A stretch of DNA of 64,000 nt, from assembly GCA_013239625.1 (NCBI GenBank), contig MU054187.1:6645757-6709756 (forward strand), given 5' to 3'. Position 1 is the stretch's first letter. Every line of letters starts with the position of its first letter. This document shows positions 40,401 through 54,100 of the stretch, piece by piece. The notes under the pieces were generated by a model. The model saw only the letters and a list, made by a program, of their open reading frames with translations, was not told the origin of the DNA and did no database searches. Source of the DNA: Lama guanicoe (lineage: Eukaryota). The translations under genes and the position numbers were made by a program.

Positions 40401-43059
40401 GTAACAACAAAATAAGCCTAGTTCGCCTGATAACTAAATGGTAGCATTTATCATACGGCAATACTCCCTTGCATGCCTCTAACTGCCTAAGGTTATTGCT
40501 GAGCTCTCTCCGTTCCCAAGGCTCTAACTCTGAGACACCCATTCATGTTCAGCCCATCCAACCCTTCACGTTTGGGCAGCAGGAGGAGGCCTGGGGAGAG
40601 GAGAGGAAAAGCGGAATATAATCCCATAAACTGCCTGCATCGGGTGCAGACGAAGTACAGGGTATAAATATTCACTGTGTGGTCTGCCCTGTGCCCGTTG
40701 CCCCTTCTCCTGGCAGAAGCACACTGACTTTCATTGAGGAACTGGTTTCCCATCACCCCACTGTTTTCAGGGCGGCACTCACATGCCCACAGCCTTGGGA
40801 ATCACAGCTCTGTTAGCCCATACCCCAACCCTGTAAGGAACAGGGGTGAATGTGAGCACAGGGGCCTCGACCCCAGGCAGGCTGCCTGAGAAGGAAGCCC
40901 AGCTCCGGAGAGAGTCCAAAGAAGGCGAGAGAGGCCCAGGCCACTGTCTGGGCACCCAGGTCTCACATAACCAAAGGACAAAAGCCACAGCTGCCCCTGG
41001 TCTGTACAGTCACGTGAGCCAGTCAGTGTTTTTTGTCCACATAAGCTAATTTGAATTGGATTCACACAGATAACCAAAAGAATTACGGAAAATACATAGA
41101 AGGAAAACTAAACATGTTCCTAATATTCTGAGGAAGAATGAGGAATGCCTTTTTGATAGAAACAGTTACACCAAGACTTAACAAAACTGAAAATTAGGAA
41201 TTAAGTAGGTTTTTGTAGACTGGGGTAGAAAGCTCTGAAGACCATAAAATCGCTTCTGTGGAAGAACGTGTCCTGACTACAAAGCAAACTTATGAATGAG
41301 TTTTCCACGATTAGACTGGGTGTGAAAGTTCTCATTTATACCATATACTTAGGACACGTTATTTCTCCATAACTTTTCTGGCCTTTGTAGTTCACAGCTT
41401 CGGTTCCCCTGTGCTACCAGTATCCTTTAAATAACTAAGCATTCCTGCGGCTCTACGCACAGGCCACCGTTCGAGTTCCTCGTGCCTGCCCCCTCAGTGA
41501 TCTCTGCAGGACAAAGCAGCGCCCAGCACACTTGTTTCACAAAGACACATTAGCTTCAGAGGACAAAGGACTTGAATATTTGTCTCATAAAATGTTGATA
41601 AAAGTAGGAGTGGGAATCACAGCCCCAGGGTTTCCAGATTTTTAATGACTGAAACAACTTGGTAGACTTTCACCATTTGAGCACCAACAATGTACCAGCC
41701 CCTCATGCACAGGCAACACCAGCTGTTCTCACAACCACCTTGAGGGAAAAGTGAGGAAAACCAGCCTTTCCAAGATGCATTTTACAGTGAACTAATCTGA
41801 GCGATCAATCCAGAGAACTGCCACCAACAGGTGTTAACAGAAGGAATGGGGGAGACACAGCATACACCACTAACCCGTTTCACGGACAATGAAATTTCAG
41901 TTAACTTAAACCATTTAAATTTCTTTGTTTCCTACTGGAAGTATATAGAGGGAGTCCTTATTACCCAAATAATAATTATGAGAACTCTGAACTTACAAAG
42001 CTGTGTGACTCAACAGGCCGTAACACTACAGAACAGTCTCTGTGAACCAGTCACTTGCAGAATTAACCCCTGGGATTAACTCAAACTTTCATACTAACAG
42101 ATTTATGTCAATCTCTTTACCAGTCTCTCCCTCATTTTGAGATGTCGTGGGGCCATCTATACACAATGCCAATTATCCACAAAGCAAAACTGAAAATCTT
42201 GTAAAAAAAAAAATTAGATTTCAAACAGTTGATTACAAATGATGCTAGAAATAACTGTGATTCACAAACAAAGCCATTAACAAATGAAACACAGATGTCA
42301 CACATCACAGCAACGGAAGGGAAAAAAATTCAGGGATAATAAAGTGCTTCCAAAGAAAGTATTTTGAATATGAAAGGATAAAAGACTCCTGAAAAAAATG
42401 ACAGGCCCCCAAATATTTCTATAAAACTGTCTTTACAATGACTGCTACTCACATGGGAAATACCGCCATAAAAAAATTTAAGGACAACTATGCCAATAAC
42501 GTCATTTTTTAGAATTCTGTGTTATCATTTCTTAGTGAAACTTAAATAATTTGTTAGTGATAATAACAAAATCAATTTACATTCTTAGTATTTAATTTTC
42601 ACTCTTTAGGATTTTCTGACTCCCAACTACTTCGTATTATGAAATTTTTGTCCTTGTTTTTTAGTTGACTTATTTTAAAAGGGTGACCTTTCTGGTTTTA
42701 ATTATCCTTACATAACAATATGAAGCAGCAGAATACAGAAATAACTACATAGTGAATAGAAAAGTGAGTAAAATGAGAAAGCGAGCATAATTTTAACCCA
42801 TTAATCATGATCAGAAGTACCTTGCACTAAGCTTTTTTAGGTGGACAGTAAGTGCCAACAGAGTTGGTTAAGTGACCTCAACTTCAATAAAATTCAATTG
42901 AAGCCTTAATTACTGAAAGAAATGGAAGGAAGGAAAAAAGAAAGCAAGAAAATAAGCCGATTGCCAGTTCACAAGAGCTCTTGAAATACTTCTAATGTTT
43001 TAGGAAAGATGTTTCAATTCAATTCTTGAGCTGATATTCAAAGGAAAACTCAGTGATAG

Positions 43060-45587
43060 AACTAAAATATTTCCAAGTGCTTTATTAAATAACAACAGAT
43101 GTTTATATTCTTACCCTCATTAGGGTTATTGTAAATTTTTTTCACTCATTTTCTCAGAATTTAGTATTTATGTACTTTATGTCTCATAGCTATCGACTGT
43201 CCTTAAAAACCAAGGTAAAAGTTATTAGAATGCCCTCAGTAAATGTAATTATAATTCTCTGCCCTTTTCTGCAAGGGAGGAAAAAAAATTATCTGTACAA
43301 AAATCAACACTTAAAATTTGGTACATAAATTTAAAAAAATCAATCCAGCAAGCTCTAACTGCAAGGTTTTTTTCCCCCCTACAGTAAGCATTTATTGGTG
43401 GAAAAAAAGTGTTTCTAAAAAGGATTTATCTTTAAAAGGTTGTAACTTTTATGCGGTTGGTAGATAGTTTTGCTTCTTGTTCTTTCCAGTGCTTGTCAGA
43501 GCCTCCCTCTGCTCCTCCTAGAAACTGTTTCTTGCAGGAATATTTCATATGGTTTGAGAGGGACCCCCTCAGCCCCCACCCAAAGCTTTGTGCACAGGAG
43601 CCTGCCTGGGAAGACCAAGCCATCCCCAATGACAGGAGTGATCACAGAGGCTCGCCAGACCTAACCAGGACAGCCCAAATCTCCCAGGACTTTCCTTCCA
43701 GGGCCATCCCAGAAAACTGCATCTTTGCACAAGGATGGCTAAACGAGGAAGATATATCTGAGGGCCACACTCCTCACCTCCAAGTAGAATCAAGTCAAGC
43801 AGAAACGCTCAGAGCCAAGATCTGTTGAGAAGAGCGCTAGGAAGAAACAGCTCCCACTACAGGTCTGTACTTGGGACCTATTCCCCTCAAGGCAGTGCCC
43901 CTGCATTTGCCAAGCAAACCAGCCATTGAGTTCCCTGTTTGGCTTACTGTATTCCTGTAATCAATCTATAAAAACAACCAAATCCCAACCAAACAACATA
44001 CGAAACCCCAAGTTACCATGTATGACAATTTCTTCAGACCTCAGTTTTTAAACAATAAAATGATAGGACTGAATTAGAGATATCAGACTAGGTGTTCCCT
44101 AGGACTTCCCCCTTGCTGTATAATTTTATTATGTCAGTTGGACTTTGTGTCAATTAAATGTGTGTTTGATTTTAAGCCATAAAAGGTACAAACATATTTT
44201 AAAAAGGGGAGGGGTACAGTACTTTTAGAAACTTTTGACACTTAATGCTTACTCCTTCCTGATTTGAAATATCCTTAATTAGGCCAAAAATTTCTATTTT
44301 TAAGCTCTTCATAGAAAAAAGTTGAAGACTCATTTAAAAAAAAAAAAATCTTTAGGGCAGCACCTCTGATTCTGTTTCAACAAATCAGGTTGCTCTTCTC
44401 AAATTCAAGAACCGAATTTCACCACCAGTCACAATTAGAGACTTAAGACTTCATGCAGAACAGCACAAACCATTTGGAGAAATGTATTTCTTATTCAAAT
44501 TTCACTTTATTAAATGTTTTCTGAACTCAATTCTGACCTCTAGTTAGATCCCCCAATTTGCAACTCCTTAGAAGTGGTAAACAATTTCGATACCATCAAA
44601 TGTGAAAAATATACGCCATTCAACCAAAACAACTGAAAAACTGCAATTATAAAATGAAAGGATATCCCAGTTTGAAATAAGGAAAGCCTTTCTATAACTA
44701 TTCTGAGTCTGTAAAGATATCATAAATACCCTGCTGTTCTACATAAAATTCTCTTTTACCCATGACTGTTTCTAGAATTCTCAGAACAAAGTAAACATTA
44801 AGAATTTATTGGGAGATTAGGAAAAGGTGGGGGAGGGATGGTTGGAAAGAAGCAACTTGAGGAGGGGAGAGGAGTGAGGAGGCATGAAGGGGTGAAAAGG
44901 GGGGTGAAAGAGTAAGACTGAGGAGGAGAGACAGGAGAGGAGAGAAAGATGGCAGAGGGAAAGGCCTGGGGAGGGGAAATGCAGATCCGCAAAGGGCCGA
45001 GGAGGTGCCCTGGGAAGAGCTGGGAGGACAGGAAGGAAAAGGGGATGGAGAAAGGAAGTGGAGAAGGAAGAGGGTAGGTGAGGAAGAAAGGCAGGCAGGA
45101 AAGCGGGAAGGAGAAGGAAGGAAGAAAAACAACCGGCAACGGAGAAAGAAGGTAACTTCCTACCTACCTGAGTATTGCTCGTACCTGAACCTTACACATC
45201 ACTCTGCCTATAAATGCTATTTGAGATTTTAATAGTCTTAACTCCAATGAAAACATTACCGAGCAATAAATTCATTACAATGCAAATTATACACATACAT
45301 TCATCTAGATACATGATCGACAAATTAATAAAAATCGACATTATTACATCATATTTCTATGACATCCATTTCGAAAGCTTCATCTTTTAAATTTAGAAGC
45401 ATGAGACAGGTACCTAAATTTCCAAGAATTTACTTGCTGAGCACCAGTGAATACATTCAAGGGCTAACTGACACGTCTTCCAGATGTAACTAAGTAACCA
45501 GAGCAAGCCGAAATTTGCTACACCCGTCAGCAGCAGATCAGGACCAAGGACGTAACCGTGCATCCTTGGGACGATGCTGTTAGGGCT
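43060..45587 (-). other. ASPH: Probable junctin 3'UTR; candidate AATAAA signals at 44506-44511, 43391-43396 and 43081-43086; true end uncertain
   Basis: AT-rich sequence downstream of the junctin stop, with minus-strand AATAAA hexamers. Confidence 0.5.
44818..45152 (+). repeat. Purine-rich (GA) low-complexity tract
   Basis: ~330 bp dominated by G/A on the plus strand. Confidence 0.9.
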
Positions 45588-45946
45588 TCAGTTCTTTCTC
45601 TTCTGGTTATTTCCCTTGGCTGGGTGTGCGTGTCTGGCAGAACTCCCCTTCTTTCTATCATCTTTGTCTCTGGGTGCCACTTTACCAGAAATATCCTTTA
45701 CATTGGTTGGTTTTTTCCTATTTTCCTTGGTTTTAGCGCCTTTATCGAGTCCCACTTTCTCTTTGTCTCTGTCCTTTTTACTCTTAGGAGACTCTTTCCG
45801 GGAAACATCTGAATCCACAATTTTCTTGTCCTTCCGGTCATCCTCTTTTTCCTTCTTCCCCCTTTTTCTCTCTTCATCCTTACTTCCCTTCCTGGACCCA
45901 GGCTTCTCTTTTTCCTTCTTGAGCTCTTCTTTAGTGAGTTCTTTAA
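45588..45946 (-). CDS. ASPH: Junctin terminal coding exon, basic KEKE-rich luminal tail (VKELTKEELKKEKEKPGSRK...GNNQKRKN*)
   Basis: Acceptor CCCGAAAG|TT, open frame to TGA at 45588; matches the junctin C-terminus. Confidence 0.96.
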
Positions 45947-48089
45947 CTTTCGGGTTTTCCGATCAAAGGAAAAAACGTTTATTGAAGGCATCTCTCAATT
46001 CATAGGACAGCAATTTAGTGCAAAAGTGTTGTCTTTTTTTATATCTCCCCACACACACGAAATGATCTTTCAAAAAGTGACTTACATCCACTAGTTTTAA
46101 ATTGGCTAAAAACAGATGCAAATCTCTATAAAGTATCAGCTATAAAAGAAATGCTACGAACTTGCCATCATATTTTTCCAGCTTGAAATACGGCATGATT
46201 CGTCTCAAGACAAGGTTAACATGCAGTGTTAATGAGTCCATCCATAAAGGCAGTACTTTACACAAAGCGTTAAGAACTCATATTTCACAACATAATTAAA
46301 GGAACACTGGCAATATAAGAATGCATTTTCCATAACGGGCAAGTATTTGAACAAAGACAATTTAAAAATCTTTAGCTCTAACAAAAATTTTTACGTCCTT
46401 AAAATACTTGTGCTTACATTCCTTGAAAATATTATGCACAAATGAAAAGTGAAATACCATTTCATTTTCTTAGTTAAGAAAAATACAATTTCCACACAAG
46501 CGTGAAATTTTAAATTCGTTATCTACGGTATTTAAAATGACAAGTAGAACTTCTTTTCTGCTTATGTTCAACATTATGAAATCAGTATTCCTTTAAGTAT
46601 ATTTCCTGTTATTTTATGTAGCGCCACTCCAAGCCACCATACATCTTGTCCGAGCTCACGGGGGAGACAGCAGTAAGACAAACATTTACAGGTGATTCCA
46701 AATCTTGTATGAGGCGCTGCTTTCAACTTGCTGTAAATACAGTTGAACAGTGCTGCTAGCAAAAGCTTTGAATTTCACCCTCTTGCTTTCTCACTAGGAA
46801 ACCATAAGAGAAGCAAGGTGTTTGCTGTATAATGTAGCATTTAAGCGGAAACGAAAAAGAGAAAGATTTCTTTAATGTGATAAAATGTGGAAGCTGTTTC
46901 TGCCCGTCAAAATCATGTAAAACTCACACAGGACAAAATGTTATTCAATTCTTCCTGACAGTCTTATTAAAACCTTATAAAAATACAGAAGAGAATTCAT
47001 AAGTCATCAACCATCCTCCGAGTCCTCATTCTCCTTCAGGGCTGCTCAGAGTAACAGACGAAGCCACTGCAAGAACACAATGCTTGTGCAGGGCTGGCAG
47101 GTCTTATTCTGCACATGGTTTTTAAAATATTAAAACTCTAATGTTTAATTTACCCCTCTAGAGCAAGGAATAAACTTACACTTCATTGGCCACTTATTCC
47201 ATAATTATTTGTATCAGAATAAAAATCAGAAAAAAAAATTCTGTATTTTTTCCAGGAATGATTCAGGTGGGATGCCAAAGTTAAAATGCTAAAATTTCCT
47301 AATCCTAAAATTAAAATACAAATCACATAGTAAAATCCCACCTGTTAATGTTTCACTAAAGTCAAACTACAAACAATGTGCCAAGCACCTGAACACGAAA
47401 GAATATTACAGATTTATAAAGAAAAGCATGCACTTCCTCTATGCCCCTTTCCCTAGAGGACAGAAATATTTACATGTGAACAAGAAAAACCACACAGAGA
47501 TATAAAATAAGGCTGTAATAATAAGCTGTTAGCTTCTACACAGTGGTTAACAGGTGTAATAATTCTTAATGAACCAAAACATCAAACACAGCAAATTTTC
47601 TAACAGCATAACACAGTGCTCCAGATTATAAATCTAAGTTTCCATTTTACTGAAAACTACAAATGTGATCACACTGACTTTTATTGTTTACTGTGCTCTA
47701 AGACAGCCTCATCAGAGCTTTTGGAGAAATGCAATCAATCACTGATGAATTCATCTTTATTTCCAATAGGAACTAAAAAATTCAAACTGAGCAAGTGTTT
47801 AGAGGTTGGAAGGTAAGTAGGATGTGTATACTGTAAATCTAATATGTGGAATTTAGAGACTGTTATAAGGTTTTGATAATATGAAAAGGAAATTACTTAA
47901 AATTATAGACCTGAGGCAGAAAATTCTTTAAAAATGAAGTCTTGATAAAACTACTTATGCGCAAAGGTGCACCCAAAACCAAAAAGCAATAAGGTTTGGC
48001 ATTAGTAACTGCATCTATGTAACATCTGTCATGCATTTTCAAGCATTAAACTTGAGTCACTCAAGGCTAATTTGACAAACAGAAAATAC

Positions 48090-48131
48090 CTTTAGCCTTA
48101 GTTTTTCTCTTGGCTACCCCACCAGGTCCTT
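48090..48131 (-). CDS. ASPH: Junctin-specific 42-nt exon (EGPGGVAKRKTKAK)
   Basis: Acceptor CAACAG|AA, donor AAAG|GTATTT; matches junctin. Confidence 0.95.
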
Positions 48132-51100
48132 CTGTTGGTGTTTACAAGATGAAAATAGGTTATAAACAGAAAATATCAAGGCAATTTAAAAAATTAGTAT
48201 CTGTAAAATAGTTGAAATTGATGCATCTATTAAATTTTCTTAAATTCATCACTAAAAAAAATTCAGTCCTTCAACATACAAATACGTCATTTTAGAACCT
48301 TACTCCCACCATCTATAACCAAAAAATTCATTAAAATCACTTTTGATTTAGTCAACTTTACAAGCTGCCTTAGATCTGAAAGAATTGTTGGCTTTAGAAA
48401 AGTCTAGTTACCCCCCTGGAAATGGGGTCTCCCTCTCAGCGGTGCCTGGATAGTGGACTTCCACTTGGATACAGATGACCGATTACAAACACCAGAGGGG
48501 AAAGTTCCCGGGGACCCTACTTCCCTACTCAATCACCCCAAAAAAGGATAGCATATTTTGATAGAATCTGACTCTGTATCATCTGAATAATCATGGCTTC
48601 CCCCCCATAGTTTCGAACTTTCTTTATAAAAAATTGCATGAGTAAAGAATGACACTATTATGGAGGTATATATTAATATACATTAATTTTCTTATACTTC
48701 ACCTAAAAACTTTGCAAAGGCTTTCTATTTCCTCTCTAGGCAAATCAAAAGTTCTGATAATGGGTTTCTTTTTAACCTTTTAACAAATGTCAATACCATG
48801 TACCTCTCTATACATTCTGATTGCAATTAATCTGTACTTAGCATTTCAGCCAGCTCATATTCCAATGCTATCTCCTGGCTGCATAAATGTTATTTTATAC
48901 TCATGTATCAGCCGACTTTCCAAAGTGGCATTCCAAGTTGCCGATCCATTTCCTGGGTTAACCAGAGTAGGTGATTACAGCTCAGCTCCTGCAGGGGGTA
49001 GCACCATGCACAACCTTTCACTCTCCGGCTAAGGTCTGAAGCGGTGTCACAAGAACGCCCCTAACCCTTTTACACATATTCCTGCTGGAAACTGTAGAAT
49101 CCCCTTTGTATGTTTCTCAAAACCGTAATCACACTCCCACTTGCCAAACTGGATATTTTACACTGGATTATAATGAGATCTGTTATACTGATCGAATCAT
49201 GCTCCACTCCTAAATTCCTTCCCCTTTCTCTGTCCATGACAATTTGTTTCCATCAAATGAGACAGTCCATTTGAGAATGGTGATTTATTTGGGTTGAGAT
49301 ACCACCATTATCATTCTGGGTGGGGGGAGTATTAGCATGTCTCGCCACTGACTACATTAAAAACAGAAATGGGAATTAACTGCTCCCCATGGCTATCTTT
49401 ATCTGTCCAGTTACTGGGTATGTGTACATAACCAAAACTAGTGTGTGTAGGACAATTATTTTTCACAAGCAAAGCCTGGTTTTTTTCTAAACTCTATCAA
49501 AGCCAGCACACCACCTTGTAATACTGAATGCCACCTTGGGCTACTCCCTAGTGAAATTCATTTTAGTAAAATACCAAACTTATTCTTGCAATGCCAGCTT
49601 TTAAATATATGGGTATTATCCAATGTGCTAAAGAAATTAGCATAAAGCATTAAAACACACCTTCAGTGATGCTAATATCCCCTCCTGAGGCCTGCATGTT
49701 CTTGACTCGCAGGCCCGCCCGGATTTTCGCTCAAAAAGCAGAAAGGTGGCAATCAGACCACCCACTAGTCAAAAGGACTATATTGATGAAAAGACTAGTT
49801 AACTTCTGTTGTTAATAAGGCAAAAGATTAGATTAACATCAGATTCATGAAACAGGGAAAAATAATAAGCACTGAAGATTTAAAACTTTTCCCGTTGGAG
49901 TGTAAATCCTTAAAGTGACACAAATTAACAATGGGCAAGGCACTGGTTAAAATTTCAAAGTATCGACTTAAGCTTCCTCTTCTGAACTTAAAGCATATAG
50001 TCAATAATGTTTTGGTATTTCTGACATGACAAAGACTGAATGAATCATTTAAACCACCATGATCATATTCAGTCCCTGAAGGAAAGAGCACACATGTGAA
50101 GGAAAGCAGAGCACTGAGGAAACAAAAGGGCACACGGGAGCCTCTACGTAATAAAGAAAATGGTGACAGTCAAGAAAACGCAGGCAAACAAACAAATAAA
50201 TAAAGGTAAACAGAAAACTCAGGGTTTTAAAGGTCAAAGTAGCAGCAGTAGGAAGGAAGGTACAAGCACAGGTTTAGGATGGGCACACTACTGAATTACA
50301 TTAGTAAGTGTCCTGTAAGGTTACAGCTTTACAAGGGGCAGTCAGGTTACGATGAGGAACAGGTAGGAAGGAAGGAAGCAACACCCCAGGGTGCTCATCA
50401 GGGCCTCTCTTCCCTCCTTCAAGGAACAGTGATCCTCTATGGAACTTCCCAAGATTCTCAGGGGGCACAAAAGGAACAGGGTTCGAAGAATTTTATCTCC
50501 ATTTGTGTGCTTTGAAGGCTAGAGGAAACTGAGTTTGTGAGAAAGAATGAGGCTAGAGGGAGGAGGTGCAACCACAGGGCAGAAGTCAGCTTCCAAAACG
50601 TGACCAGTGAGAGAGGAAACAATGACTCAATGCACTTCTCAGGGTAAAACAAAGTGCTGTGCAGTGTAGAGAGATGCCAGTGAATGGAACCCAAGCCAGA
50701 GTGGACTATCTTGATAAAGCAGAAAGCAAAACCACCTGTACAGCGGAAAGAAGATGGAAAGAAAGTGTCTGAACACCAACTAAAGAGAAGAACTGTCACC
50801 GAGCAGGGAGCACCTCATGGAGGCTGGATTCAGGTGAACACAGAATAGATCGTTTTCCAACCACAGTGTGAAACCCTATGGTGGAGAAGGGGTCAGTGGT
50901 GATCCTGGGTTGGTGACAGCATGTAAAAGAAAAGAAAAAAGGAAAAAAGAAAGAAAGATAAGTTCAAGTTTGGGGACATTACTGAAGTAGCCCCAGAGAA
51001 AACCACAAGTACGTAAGGCTTTGCTTTCATATAGTTATTAATTCTAAACAGAATTAAATTAGTATTATTCGTATTTATGGCTGATGTGAACTCGCACTAC

Positions 51101-54100
51101 AGTAGTGTCCAAAATCAACATGTGTGCCCTCTTTTTCTCTTTCTCTCTCTTTACTACCATAGCCAATGCCCAGGAAGGGAAAAGGGGGAGGGGAGACAAT
51201 TCCATCAAACAATAAAATTCCTGACAATAAAATTCCTTAAAAATAGTTTCCAAGTTGTACCGAGAAAATAATTAGAGTGTGAAAAGGAAACATCTTGGTA
51301 TTGGTACTTTGCAATCCATTTGGATACAAGTTGTTTCTACTGATAGAAGACATTCCAGGTGAAGGTGGTCATCAGAGACATGTTAGGATACGATTACGAC
51401 CAAAGAGAATGGCCCCCAAAAGTAAATAAAAGGAATCATCACGTTGTACACTTCTTTTTTGCCCTATATGCTTATCCTGGTGGTTTTAAGCTGATTATTG
51501 TTAATAGCTCTGCTGACTATCTGGGAATTCTTATGCAGATATTTGAAAGAAAAAGCAGGTCTTATATTCCTCTCTTAGAACCTAAAGGTAATTAACATTA
51601 TTTTGGCCACTGCCTCAGAGCCACTATCCAACACACATTTTCAAGGTGAAATGTTCCGTATGAAATTAAAATGCTGTATCATTAAGCCCCTGGTTGGACC
51701 CATGGTCTCACCACATGCAGCAGACACGATTTTGGGAGACTGGCTCCATTACAGAAACCCAAGTAGCTGCTGCAGACTCCCAGAGAGGTGGTCACAGAAT
51801 TGGCCAGCGGGGTATCATGTCATCCTTAGGTCATCTCAGTCATTCTCACAGTCCCTGGTGAGACCAGTGAATCATCCTGAGCCTCCTGCCCATTCAAAAC
51901 ACCCTAATTTATTTCAACATTGACTACAGATGAGGCCCCAAATGCCTAAGGAACAGTTCCATGAGCTAAGCAGACTGCTGCTCAAGGACAAATGTCTAGT
52001 TTTGGTAAAAGGCATGCCAAGATACTGTATCAGTTTCTTTCTTATTCTTAGATAGGTGGTGTGGCAATATAACCACAGACATTTTTGAAAAAAGGAAGCT
52101 ACTGAGCCTTCGGATCCTCAATGACAAAGGGAGATCAGAACATAAGAGAACTGAAAGACTGAAAGTTTAAGAAGGGATGACATCCAGAGACTGAGAGTTC
52201 GAATAAAGATAAAATGCAGACTCAAATACAAATGAGATATCAAGAGAGATCACCTGAAGACCTCTGCTAACATAGGTCCGTGTATCGTAGGAACTTCAAA
52301 ATGTCATTTCTCTTGAAAAAAAAAATCCAACTTTTTTTTTCACTTTTTAAGCTGTTAAAAAAAAATTAATGTTTTACTATGTAATGAGTAACTCCTGGAG
52401 TTCTCACTCATTAGGACTAACCCCAGCAAATATTTAATAAATATCCTATGTTGGGCTCAGCTTTGAAGAGGGATTCAAATGCAGCCTACCCTGACTCCTA
52501 ACTTCAAAGACTTCACAATTTAGTTAATATCTACTCCTGTGTATTACACAGTTATCTCAATAAATAACAGAGGCAGAGAATTCAGCATACTGTTTCATCA
52601 ATTTGTGACAATAAAGTCTGCGTCACTGAATTTTACAAAAGTGCTCCAAATAGGCATGGTGATCAAAGAAAATTCCACAGCCCAAATTGCAGAAAACATC
52701 TTATTGGTCCTATAGACCAGAATCTTCTTTAGAAAAGGTCACTGAGTATCAATCCCCCAAAGGTATAACTGCCAGGTGTTCACATCCATAACCCTCTATA
52801 CCTCTGTTTTCAATAATTCTCCAAATCTATAAACATCCGGACAGACAAGGAAACATTTTGTTTAGTCTAGCTAAGTCCCCTGAGTTCCACTTCCTTGTTT
52901 TTGCACCAGACTCCAGAGAACCCAATGCCTTTGCAATTGGACAAAGTGCAGTGCATCTGAGGATGCAAGGGCAGCTCTGAGGAGATGAACTCAGGGCATG
53001 TTCCGCAAAGTGCCTTCAGTTGTTCCAAGCTGGAAACGCACAGTGAATAGAGTACAACGTAAAATTCCATCACTATAAATAAATAGTCAAACACACAGAT
53101 TACAACTTTGCCTTTTTAAGTAAGTTCCTAAGTTTAAAAGACATAAGCGAGAAGAATATTCCTATAATCAAACAGAAAATCACACAATAAATCCTTAATT
53201 AAGAATTGTAACATGTATAATAAGTAAAATGCAAGTGAAGCAACGCTGACTGGCTTCAAAATACTCTACATCAGTTTTGTAAATACCTTTATTTTCTCAC
53301 CAAAGGCACAAGTTGAAGGAAGTCACAGAAGTCAGGGGTTCACCAGCTATCTGGATTTTTACCTTCGTCAGAGGCTTTTCAAAAGGGTTGATCAGAGGGG
53401 GTACGAAATAAATGGCAAATTATTATCCCACACCCTTATTTTTCACTTACAAAAATAAAGCATAATTAATTTCTGTACATAAAATGTGCATTAGTATCAT
53501 GACAAAAAACCAAGCCAGATGAGAAATTAATGATTCTAAACATTGATAACATATAAATTTAATTATTTACTTCTCATAAACTGATCAAACATCTTTTAGA
53601 GTTAGTAGCAATGAAGCACTAAGAAACAAGACTGCCTTAAAAAAATACATCTCAGACAGCTGGCTAAGTGAACGTCTCTGAGAGTGAGGCCTAAGATTGC
53701 TTTTGAATTTAAACTCTGATATTTCACAGTACTCAAATTCAAACTGGAAGACAGGGTAAATTTGGGCATAAACTGCATAAACTTTCAGAAAGAACATTAT
53801 TAAATCATATCCATTTGTTCCAGAATATTAATATTACATAATCAGATGTGACTGTCAGAAACATTAACAGAATGAATTCCCCACATTCCCCAAATAATTA
53901 GGAAAAGGCAAACTAGAGTTAAGACAGTAACTGCAGTGTTAGCGCACTGTCTAATGTACGACACGGGCATCTATTTCCAAAAGTAGTTACTGAATAATGC
54001 TTTTTAAAAATAAGATCAGCCAATCAGACAGTCTTCCCTGACACACGTAAATGCTGACTCTGGGGGAAGCCAATGTGCTTCCAGCGTTCTGATCTGAGAC

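Noticed and set aside
44798..45232. Pro/Ser/Phe-rich and Glu/Lys/Arg-rich ORFs
   Set aside because: Artefacts of the purine/pyrimidine low-complexity tract
45558..46005. Hydrophobic plus-strand ORFs (143 aa, 84 aa)
   Set aside because: Antisense shadows of the Lys/Glu-rich junctin exon
48703..48776. Minus-strand frame VKKKPIIRTFDLPREEIESLCKVFR ending at a TAG|GTGAAG donor, loosely like the downstream ASPH exon VKKKKPKLLNKFD
   Set aside because: No pyrimidine tract, wrong phase for the phase-1 array, and similarity rests on a lysine run; likely chance
51209..51238. 15-bp duplication containing two plus-strand AATAAA
   Set aside because: No evidence of an antisense transcript; hexamers are common in AT-rich introns
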